From assembly GCA_036309465.1 (NCBI GenBank), contig JAXJTR010000092.1, positions 3,944-67,943 on the forward strand: a stretch of 64,000 nt of DNA, in the 5' to 3' direction. This document shows positions 43,643-51,493 of the stretch, in pieces. The translations under genes were made by a program, and so were the position numbers. The notes below the pieces were generated by a model. It made no database searches, was not told the origin of the DNA, and saw nothing but the letters and a program-made list of their open reading frames with translations. Within the stretch, counting starts at the first letter, position 1. Each line of letters starts with the position of its first letter. The stretch comes from Acutalibacteraceae bacterium (GTDB taxonomy: Bacteria; Bacillota; Clostridia; Oscillospirales; Acutalibacteraceae).

Positions 43643-44884
43643 ATGCTTTGTGTAAATCGCAGATGTCATAAAGAAATAGGTGATTTTAAGTTTTGCCCAC
43701 ACTGTGGTAAAAATCAGTTTGAAACCAGACGAGATAAAAAAAGAGCTAATGGCACTGGAAGTGTTTATAAAAGAAAAGATAACAAATCAAAACCATATAC
43801 GGCTTCAAGTTCTCTTAGTGGTACTAGAGTATCACTTGGTTCATTTGAAACTAAAGCACAGGCATTAAAAGCCTTAGCTGATTATGAACAAAAATTAGGA
43901 CAGATTAATCTTTCAGATGGTTTAGTGACAGTAGACTATATATTTCAAAACTATGTCTTAGATGACATCAAAACCCTTAGTCCTTCATCACAAAAAAACT
44001 ATATGTTAGCGTGGTATAGACTTGAACCACTTCATCAGAAAAAAATAATTGACATAAAGAAAACTGATATACAGGAAATAGTAGACCATTATTCAAAAGA
44101 CCATCAGTTAATATCAATAGAAGGAAAACCAGTATATTTAGATGCGTTTGGACGAAAAACAACTAATAAAACCGACTATCCTAAAATAGTCAAACCTTTA
44201 GCTAAAGGTACACTTCATCAGATTATAATTTTAATGAAAAAAATATATAAAGTTGCGTTGGAAAATGATTGGACAGTAAAAAACTATTCAGACTTTGTGG
44301 TAACTAATAAAACCCCAACAAAGGAAAGAAATAATATGTCTTGTTTCAATGAAACTGATATATCTTATCTATTTGATAAACTCGAAAACAAAAATATTGA
44401 TGAAACATATATTGATTATATATTATGTCTATGTTATCTTAATTATAGAGTTAATGAATTTCTGTCCCTCACAAAAGAACAATATCATATAACGGCAGAT
44501 GGCATACCTTATTTTATAGCAGGTCAAAAAACAGAAGCTGGTAAAGACCGAATTATCCCAATACACCCCAATATACAAAAATTCGTAAAAGACTGTATAG
44601 AACGTAATGGCGAAACCATCTTTTGTGACAAAAAAACAAAGAAGGCACTTAAATATGGAAAATTCAGATATAAATTTGATTGTACTTTAGCTGAACTTGG
44701 ATTTTCCAGTTTTTACACTCCACATTCTTGCAGACGTACATTTAGTACAAGATTATCAGCAACAGGTGTTAATGATGCTGACCTAACAGCACTAATGGGA
44801 CATACTTCCATCAATGTGGATATAAAGCATTATATAAATCAAGAAGTTCATACTTTATACAATGCAATTACTAAAATGAAATAA
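43643..44884 (+). CDS. int: Tyrosine site-specific recombinase/integrase with an N-terminal zinc ribbon
   Basis: N-terminal CVNRRCHKEIGDFKFCPHCG. Catalytic region YRVNEFLSL, TPHSCRRTF and GHTSINVDIKHYI. Confidence 0.8.
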   Translation: MLCVNRRCHKEIGDFKFCPHCGKNQFETRRDKKRANGTGSVYKRKDNKSKPYTASSSLSGTRVSLGSFETKAQALKALADYEQKLGQINLSDGLVTVDYIFQNYVLDDIKTLSPSSQKNYMLAWYRLEPLHQKKIIDIKKTDIQEIVDHYSKDHQLISIEGKPVYLDAFGRKTTNKTDYPKIVKPLAKGTLHQIIILMKKIYKVALENDWTVKNYSDFVVTNKTPTKERNNMSCFNETDISYLFDKLENKNIDETYIDYILCLCYLNYRVNEFLSLTKEQYHITADGIPYFIAGQKTEAGKDRIIPIHPNIQKFVKDCIERNGETIFCDKKTKKALKYGKFRYKFDCTLAELGFSSFYTPHSCRRTFSTRLSATGVNDADLTALMGHTSINVDIKHYINQEVHTLYNAITKMK

Positions 44885-44902
44885 TTACGGAGATATTTAA
44901 TT

Positions 44903-45448
44903 ATGGATTGTATAGCAAAAAAACACGCAGAAGAAGTTGTTAATAAGCTTTGGAAAGAAATAAGCCCAGAAAATAAAGATAGACTTATGAGTATAATTAA
45001 CAACAACTATAAAAAATGGAATGGAATAGATGGAGTTATAACCTTTGGAGATATGCCTATAGAGATAAATGGCAGATTAGTTTTTGAAAAAGGAGAATAT
45101 CCTGTAGAACCACATTCAAACGCAAAAGTAACATTAACAGGTAATTTAGATGAATATTACTATGAAATATTAAATAATATTTCTATCAATGATTATTGCT
45201 TGGAAGAATATGTTTTTTCTGATATTAAAAAGTTTATAAAATTTCTTGTTGATAATTTAGATGGTGAAACATTAGGAGCTTTATATGATTTAACTACAGA
45301 CCAACTTAAAGAATGGCTTTACAGAGTAATTGACAGTGTAAAGCTAGGCAATACATTAGAGTTTAAATTAACTTGGCTCGACACTTATAATTCAAAAGAT
45401 GCTAGTATTAAGTTAATAGTTCAAAATAATCAGATAACTTTTTGTTAG
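44903..45448 (+). CDS. Hypothetical protein
   Basis: RBS is ACGGAGA; 181 aa. Confidence 0.5.
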   Translation: MDCIAKKHAEEVVNKLWKEISPENKDRLMSIINNNYKKWNGIDGVITFGDMPIEINGRLVFEKGEYPVEPHSNAKVTLTGNLDEYYYEILNNISINDYCLEEYVFSDIKKFIKFLVDNLDGETLGALYDLTTDQLKEWLYRVIDSVKLGNTLEFKLTWLDTYNSKDASIKLIVQNNQITFC

Positions 45449-45462
45449 GAGAAAAATATTTA

Positions 45463-45789
45463 ATGAAGAATGTTTATTGCATTGATGAGTTAATACGAGT
45501 ATTATTAGATATGAAAGAAAATGGATATTCGTATTGTGAAATTGAAGAATGTGAAGGAAATGCAAACGAAGATTTTTTACCAGATAGTGACCATATTTCT
45601 TTCACAGGATTAGAGGCTGGTGGTTGTGGTGGCTGTTTAGATTTCGATAACGTGTGTGCAGTACCAGAAGAAGAAGTTTTTGAATACGCTGATAGGTTTA
45701 TTATTCCACCATCACATAGAAAACCTATTACTATTAAATCTGAATGTGACAATGAAAATAAAAAAATCTTTGTAGTTAAGATTAAATAA
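45463..45789 (+). CDS. Hypothetical acidic/Cys-containing protein
   Basis: ATG 45463 follows TAGGAGAAA. Confidence 0.5.
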   Translation: MKNVYCIDELIRVLLDMKENGYSYCEIEECEGNANEDFLPDSDHISFTGLEAGGCGGCLDFDNVCAVPEEEVFEYADRFIIPPSHRKPITIKSECDNENKKIFVVKIK

Positions 45790-45901
45790 AATTATAATAA
45801 ATTAACTGGATTTTTTTAATTTTTACTCCCCTATTACTTACGTTGCTACATTTTTGCTACGATATTCCTAAAAATGGCTTAAATATCAGAAATTTTACCG
45901 C

Positions 45902-45928
45902 TTCGAGTTTATTATATATAAACTCGAA
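45902..45928. repeat. Inverted repeat TTCGAGTTTA / TAAACTCGAA in a non-coding gap
   Basis: 10-bp arms at 45902-45911 and 45919-45928. Confidence 0.6.
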
Positions 45929-46010
45929 AATTTTTATAGTATTATTCTATCTTTTTACAAGTTTTACTACTCATTATCTTTTTATATATTTTTTATAAAT
46001 TATCCCTCTT

Positions 46011-46070
46011 TAAATAGAAAAAGGATAGTCTATGATACCTCGAAATCGTAGACTATCCTTTTTCTATTTA
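46011..46070. repeat. Large perfect hairpin (22-bp arms, 16-nt loop); candidate oriT, att site or terminator
   Basis: TAAATAGAAAAAGGATAGTCTA (46011-46032) pairs with TAGACTATCCTTTTTCTATTTA (46049-46070). Loop is TGATACCTCGAAATCG. Confidence 0.75.
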
Positions 46071-46162
46071 TTATTATATTTTAATTTTTATATTTCCTAT
46101 TTTAAATCAATATTAAGCCAAAATTGTAACAACTTTTTGTAATAAAATAATTTTCATTTTTT

Positions 46163-46203
46163 TCACGATTTTTATTGATTTTTAGTTCCATATATGGTAC
46201 AAT
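46163..46203 (+). promoter_or_regulatory. Promoter TTGATT-17-TACAAT with CCATATATGG spacer palindrome and TTTCACG box (copy 2 of 3)
   Basis: -35 is 46175-46180, the palindrome 46188-46197 and the -10 46198-46203. Confidence 0.7.
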
Positions 46204-46231
46204 GAAATTAGTAAACAAAGGTGGTGAAATA

Positions 46232-46483
46232 ATGTCCAATGATAAATATGTTACCATTGATAGTGACAAATTATTAAAACTTATAAGTCGTTATATAGAA
46301 ACGACAAATCAGAGTTATACCGTATCTACTGCGTATAAACAGGTTGGAATATCAAAAACTAGCTGGTATAGAAAACTTAATGGAAAATGTGAATTTTCAA
46401 TTAGTGAATTTTACAAAATATGTGACAGCTTCGGACTATTACAATCAGACATTGAAGATATATTGGTATTTAATCGAACTTAG
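46232..46483 (+). CDS. Small HTH DNA-binding protein, candidate repressor of the CCATATATGG promoters
   Basis: SYTVSTAYKQVGISKTSWYRKLNG is HTH-like. ATG 46232 follows AAAGGTGGTGA. First gene behind promoter copy 2. Confidence 0.55.
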   Translation: MSNDKYVTIDSDKLLKLISRYIETTNQSYTVSTAYKQVGISKTSWYRKLNGKCEFSISEFYKICDSFGLLQSDIEDILVFNRT

Positions 46484-46510
46484 TAAAAGACAAAAGGGGG
46501 TTAATTAGTA

Positions 46511-47575
46511 ATGAGTAGAGAAATTTCAGTTGGTATGATAAAAGAAATTGTTTCAAATATTAATAATTTTCAATATTTAAACGAGGATACATCTTTGTCT
46601 GAACTACCTATGGTTTTAACAATAACAAAATTATCACTCGATAAAATCAACTCTCTAACTGTAGGACAGTTAATTTTACATTATCAACTAGCAAAAATTA
46701 ACGTAATAAGACACGCACCAAAACAAAGTAGCAAGAACATTAAAACTTGTTTTATAGATGCTTTAGAACAAGGTTTAAGTGATGAGGCTGTAATCAATTA
46801 TATACAAGAAAGAACTCAACATACCTATCAGTTGAGAAGATACCAAAATGAAAAAAGCAATATATTGAAGGAACTTTCTAAAGAATTATTTATTAATTTA
46901 CAAACAAGAGAACTTCCTTCATTAGAAAAAAACAATACATCTTCCCTGTGTATATCATTCAGTACCTTTGAGTTCATATTAAATAATTTTCGCATATTTA
47001 AGAGTTATTTTTCATACAGAAAACAACCTGATGAAAATACATATTATTATAACACAAATAATATATTAAAAAATCTGTTTTTCTGTTTAGAACGAGCTAT
47101 TTCCATTGTAAAAACTCAACTTGAACCTTGCGAAATACAGTTGCTTGATTGTTCATTAAAAGAACACAATCCATTACATACTCAAGAACAATTAGGTTTC
47201 TCTCAGCCAACAGTCTGTAGAAAATTAAAAGTTATAAGAACGGAGATTTTCTTTAAATGGATAGCAGAAATGGTTGAAATTGGAATACAAAAACCTTATG
47301 TTACAAAACAAAAAATAAATAAAGATGTACTATACGAATTAACAAAAGGTAATATTGACGACATAAAACCTCATCTTGATTTAATACATCAGATTGACAA
47401 ATCATCATACTACATATTAACATCACGAGGCAATATATCATCTGATGCTTCTTTCTATTTTTCTGCACACTATCACCTGACAAGACATAAAGCTATTTCG
47501 TTCAGTTATGAACTACTGTACCTTGTTAAGTGGGTGTCTGATAATTCAAATAAAATAACAACAAAAATTAATTAA
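46511..47575 (+). CDS. Hypothetical protein with a sigma-70 region-4-like HTH
   Basis: HTQEQLGFSQPTVCRKLKVIRTEIF. The rest was not recognised. Confidence 0.4.
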   Translation: MSREISVGMIKEIVSNINNFQYLNEDTSLSELPMVLTITKLSLDKINSLTVGQLILHYQLAKINVIRHAPKQSSKNIKTCFIDALEQGLSDEAVINYIQERTQHTYQLRRYQNEKSNILKELSKELFINLQTRELPSLEKNNTSSLCISFSTFEFILNNFRIFKSYFSYRKQPDENTYYYNTNNILKNLFFCLERAISIVKTQLEPCEIQLLDCSLKEHNPLHTQEQLGFSQPTVCRKLKVIRTEIFFKWIAEMVEIGIQKPYVTKQKINKDVLYELTKGNIDDIKPHLDLIHQIDKSSYYILTSRGNISSDASFYFSAHYHLTRHKAISFSYELLYLVKWVSDNSNKITTKIN

Positions 47576-47589
47576 AAGGAGAAATTATA

Positions 47590-48441
47590 ATGACAAAAAC
47601 AATCGCTGTAACCTACGCAAAAGGTGGCATTGGTAAAACAACAACTACTATCTCACTAGGCTTTGATTTAGCATTAAGAGGATATAAAATCCTACTTATA
47701 GATTTTGATTACAATTCAAGCTTATCTCAATATTTTGCAATAAATACAGATGCCAGTGAAATTTCAGATTATACTCTAAATCAACCAAACACAATATTTG
47801 AAGTTATGACAGGCAAATGCAAACCTCACGAAGCTATAACTAATATAAAATTTCCTAAACGTTCACGCATAGGCTATACACCTGAAAACATAGTTTATGA
47901 TGTTATTCCTTGCAGTCAAGCTTTTATGTTAATTCCAGATATTATAGCCACAAAAACCCTACGAGCAGAATATTTACTTAAAGATGCTATAAAGGAATTA
48001 GTGCAATCTAACTATTATGATTTCATTTTATTTGATTGTCCCCCATCAGGCGGTAGACTAAAAATGAATATACTTGTTGCTTCCGATTATGTCCTATTCC
48101 CTTGTTCCCCATCCATAATGAGCCTTAGAAATTTAGTGGATGCTTGTCAAGAAATCATAGACATAAAAAGCACTTCAAATCCTAGCATCACTGAAATAGG
48201 CATATTCCTAACAGGGATGGCAAATAAAAAAGAGCATAAAAGATGTGAGGAAGAAATTGAAAATCAAGATATGATACCAGTCTTAAATACAAGAATAAGT
48301 AATTGCTCAGCCCCTTTTGCTGAGGCTAGTGATGTACTTGCTCCTGTTGGATATGCAAGGTCTACATCTAAACCAGCTATTCAATATCATCAGTTAGGTG
48401 ATGAAATACTTAATAAATTAGGTTTCAAATTAACCAAATAA
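47590..48441 (+). CDS. parA: ParA partition ATPase
   Basis: Deviant Walker A is YAKGGIGKTTTT. Walker B region is ILFDCPPS. Confidence 0.85.
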   Translation: MTKTIAVTYAKGGIGKTTTTISLGFDLALRGYKILLIDFDYNSSLSQYFAINTDASEISDYTLNQPNTIFEVMTGKCKPHEAITNIKFPKRSRIGYTPENIVYDVIPCSQAFMLIPDIIATKTLRAEYLLKDAIKELVQSNYYDFILFDCPPSGGRLKMNILVASDYVLFPCSPSIMSLRNLVDACQEIIDIKSTSNPSITEIGIFLTGMANKKEHKRCEEEIENQDMIPVLNTRISNCSAPFAEASDVLAPVGYARSTSKPAIQYHQLGDEILNKLGFKLTK

Positions 48442-48457
48442 TAGAAAGGGGATATTT

Positions 48458-49672
48458 ATGGCTTTTAATATAGATAGGAATAGGAAAAGAAATTCTGTAT
48501 TTGGCACTAGAAAGCTAAACACAGAAGGTACAAATTATTTCAACAACATAACCGCTGAACAGGAACATAATGAACAGGAACATAACAACAAAATCCCAGA
48601 TGAGGAACGAATACTAACTATCCCTGTTAATAAAATATCTCTTAACCAATTTAACAAATTTAGAGATTTTGATAGTGACGAGGCAAACGCAATAACCAGT
48701 CTTGCTCAAAGCATTGAAATGTGTGGTCTACTTAACCCACTTCAAGTTTACCTTAATCCAGAAAATGCTGATGAATACATACTTGTTGCTGGAGAACGAA
48801 GGTATCGTGCAATAACCGAAATTCTAGGTTGGGACAACGTTAAATGTATACTTCAACCATATTCAGACGGTACTGATATGGTTATTAATCTTTATGTCGA
48901 AAATCTACAAAAACGACACCTACCTCCATCAGCCTTAATTGAGTGTTACAAAGAAGTCCGTAAATTAGTTACTAAAAAATATCCCAATTTAAGTGAAGCG
49001 GAATATGATAATCATTGTTGTACTATTATGAATTTGTCAGCAAGACAAGTTGCTCGATATAAACAAATAGCAAAAAACTTAAACACTCTTGAAGATTATG
49101 GCGTAGATATTTCAAATGTAGACCTTGAAAATAAGTCGTTAACTGAAATTATTAATGAATTGAATAGTAAAGTTAAATCCTATAAATCTCCTGAAACAGA
49201 TATTAGTGAAGATACATCTACTATTCACGCTGACAACATTTCTCCCTCTGAAAATAGTGATTATACTGAAAAAAACAGTCAAGAATATAATGACGAAAGT
49301 GTATTTGGCAATGACGATTTTTCAGAAGATTACGGTGCATATTCAACTAATAGCGAGGAGTATGATACAGTTACTTACACAGATGAAAATAAGGACACAG
49401 ATAAAGATACAGATACCGACAACTCTTATAACATTGACCAGCTAGACGAAAAAATGTCTGATGTTAAAACTTCTAGTTCTGAACTATTAAGATATACCGT
49501 ATTTGAAGGAAAAAGTCTTAAAACTGGGGATACAGTACGTGGTACAGGTTACAAAATTAAAGGAAGATTTTGTATAATATCATATAATGAAGTTAATAAC
49601 TCATTAGAAATTGATTTTGTTGATAAGAACAGTGTTAATGTTATTGGAAATATAGAATGTTTTGACGATTAA
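48458..49672 (+). CDS. parB: ParB/Srx-domain partition protein with an acidic low-complexity linker
   Basis: LLNPLQV and ILVAGERRYRA are ParB boxes. HTH-like LSARQVARYKQIA. Confidence 0.8.
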   Translation: MAFNIDRNRKRNSVFGTRKLNTEGTNYFNNITAEQEHNEQEHNNKIPDEERILTIPVNKISLNQFNKFRDFDSDEANAITSLAQSIEMCGLLNPLQVYLNPENADEYILVAGERRYRAITEILGWDNVKCILQPYSDGTDMVINLYVENLQKRHLPPSALIECYKEVRKLVTKKYPNLSEAEYDNHCCTIMNLSARQVARYKQIAKNLNTLEDYGVDISNVDLENKSLTEIINELNSKVKSYKSPETDISEDTSTIHADNISPSENSDYTEKNSQEYNDESVFGNDDFSEDYGAYSTNSEEYDTVTYTDENKDTDKDTDTDNSYNIDQLDEKMSDVKTSSSELLRYTVFEGKSLKTGDTVRGTGYKIKGRFCIISYNEVNNSLEIDFVDKNSVNVIGNIECFDD

Positions 49673-49775
49673 TAATCTGTATTCTCATCAATAACAACAT
49701 AACCACAAAATATTAGAAAGGAAGTAGCATACCTCACGTGATAAAGTGGGGTATTGCTACAATTTATCATAGATT

Positions 49776-50429
49776 ATGCAATTACTTCAACGTGATAAAA
49801 ACATAATTGAATTATTAAGAAATTTTTATTGTTTATCTTATGATGAACTAAAAGGGCTTGCCACAGATACACAAATTGGTGATTGCAATACATTTGAAAG
49901 AACTGTTAAGAAGCTTGAGCAAAACAACTATATTGTATATCACAAAAACTTAGGTTACTCACTATCAGGTGTTAATATAAAAGATACAACTATAAATAAG
50001 CAAATACCTGTATTTAGGTGTTATGCAAAAATTATTAATTTTCTTAAATACAACAACACAAAACCTAAACACATAGATACAACCCTAACTAGCTTTGAAC
50101 CATCATTATTTATGCTCTCAGAAGCTGGAAATCGTTTATGTTTTAGTTATCTTCCTTTAAATAAAACATACGGTTTAACATTAGATGCTGAAATTTATAA
50201 CAAGTTTGCTTTTCGCAGTTTTCTCCTTACTTGTTGCAAAGATGAAAAATTAATACTTCTCTTAGATGATATAAAGGAATTTCCAGAAGCATACAAACAA
50301 GCAGATAATTTAGGATTTAAGGATGCACTACATTCAGTGTTCATTAAACCCATTACCCCTGATGATTATGATAACCCATTTATAACCAAAAGATACAGAG
50401 TAAGAGGTGGTGAGCTGGTTGCAAACTAA
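49776..50429 (+). CDS. Winged-helix protein resembling the Replication-relaxation (Replic_Relax) family
   Basis: N-terminus is LLQRDKNIIELLRNFYCLSYDELKGLA. No RBS precedes the ATG, and a TACAAT lies about 13 nt upstream (possibly leaderless). Confidence 0.35.
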   Translation: MQLLQRDKNIIELLRNFYCLSYDELKGLATDTQIGDCNTFERTVKKLEQNNYIVYHKNLGYSLSGVNIKDTTINKQIPVFRCYAKIINFLKYNNTKPKHIDTTLTSFEPSLFMLSEAGNRLCFSYLPLNKTYGLTLDAEIYNKFAFRSFLLTCCKDEKLILLLDDIKEFPEAYKQADNLGFKDALHSVFIKPITPDDYDNPFITKRYRVRGGELVAN

Positions 50430-51222
50430 TTCCGTATTTGACTTGTATAATGATAACTCTTGTGACACCTTTTCAAAAAGTTCAAATACTTCTTTACTAT
50501 CAAACAACACACACATTAATATAGCTCCTTTATTAACTCTCTCGAAAGAAACTGAACAAATAATTCAAATACTATCAGAGCAACTAACTGATGATGGTGT
50601 TAATATGAATAATATTAACGAATTAGTAAATGGTATCAACAAAAAAGTAAGAGCTATTAACCTAGCTTTAAACCGTAGCCAGTATGAGTTCTATCACAAT
50701 TCATATCATAATAATAGTATTGATACATTGCCATTGTCTGTTGATTATAAAGAAATAAATAAATACTCATTAAACATTATCAATGAGTATGTTTACCAAT
50801 TATTTCTTCCTTCTATCCCCTACCGTTCTGCTTCTATGTTAGATGCTCCACAACTTGAACATAAACAATTAATAAAGGAAGTTATTAATCACCTTATAAA
50901 CATAAACAAAAACAGAATTAGACAATTTAGTAAAGCTGACATCCTAATACAGTATGTTTGTTATAACAAAAGCAACTACGCAGACCACGACCACCGATTT
51001 CCTCATTACCTAATAAATAATCTAGTGCCTTCTTTTATACCAGATGATAGTCCTGCTTACATCAACCTTCATCACTACTTAGGTATTCCTCAACTACTCA
51101 CAGCCAAAGGAATAAATTTAATTGATACTACTCCATCTGACTGCACGATACTTTATATCATTGATAATTCAGATAATTCAAACAAAAATTTAGCAGATTT
51201 CTTAAAATTAAACCTAATTTAA
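50407..51222 (+). CDS. Hypothetical protein
   Basis: Long ORF overlapping the upstream stop. Start is uncertain (GTG 50407/50410 or TTG 50419). Confidence 0.45.
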   Translation: MVSWLQTNSVFDLYNDNSCDTFSKSSNTSLLSNNTHINIAPLLTLSKETEQIIQILSEQLTDDGVNMNNINELVNGINKKVRAINLALNRSQYEFYHNSYHNNSIDTLPLSVDYKEINKYSLNIINEYVYQLFLPSIPYRSASMLDAPQLEHKQLIKEVINHLININKNRIRQFSKADILIQYVCYNKSNYADHDHRFPHYLINNLVPSFIPDDSPAYINLHHYLGIPQLLTAKGINLIDTTPSDCTILYIIDNSDNSNKNLADFLKLNLI

Positions 51223-51264
51223 TTATTGATAAATACTATTATAAATGCTAATATATATGTAACA

Positions 51265-51305
51265 AAAGCACCGTAAATTTCATATTGTTTTACGGTGCTT
51301 TTTTA
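51265..51305 (+). terminator. Intrinsic terminator
   Basis: AAAGCACCGTAAA / TTTACGGTGCTTT stem followed by a T-run. Confidence 0.75.
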
Positions 51306-51322
51306 TCGTTTTTCGGTAATAT

Positions 51323-51370
51323 TTTTTGTTCAAAAATCCACTTTTTTGCAAAAAATTTTTTGAACAAAAA
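51323..51370. repeat. Nested palindrome upstream of the wHTH/T4CP genes; candidate oriT or operator
   Basis: Perfect 14-bp arms TTTTTGTTCAAAAA (51323-51336) and TTTTTGAACAAAAA (51357-51370) enclose the palindrome TTTTTTGCAAAAAA (51342-51355). Confidence 0.65.
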
Positions 51371-51493
51371 TACATATTTGATTTTTCGCTTATTATTGGG
51401 ATTTATTATAATTTTTAACACTCAAAAAGGTGCAAACCTATGGGAAAAGCTATACACCAATCCACTAACTTTATTTATTGGGAGAATAAAACT

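Noticed and set aside
49734-49741. TCACGTGA palindrome just downstream of parB as a parS site
   Set aside because: It occurs as a single 8-bp palindrome and shares only the central CACGTG with the 16-bp parS consensus. That is too little to call, so the dispersed TTTCAC/GCC-N4-GGC boxes were reported as the candidate instead.
50407-51222. A RusA-like resolvase pattern (DHDHRFPHYLINNLVPSFIPDDS resembling D-x-D-N...K...D-x-L...DD)
   Set aside because: The similarity is short, key residues differ, and the protein is about twice the size of RusA. It cannot be supported without a profile search.
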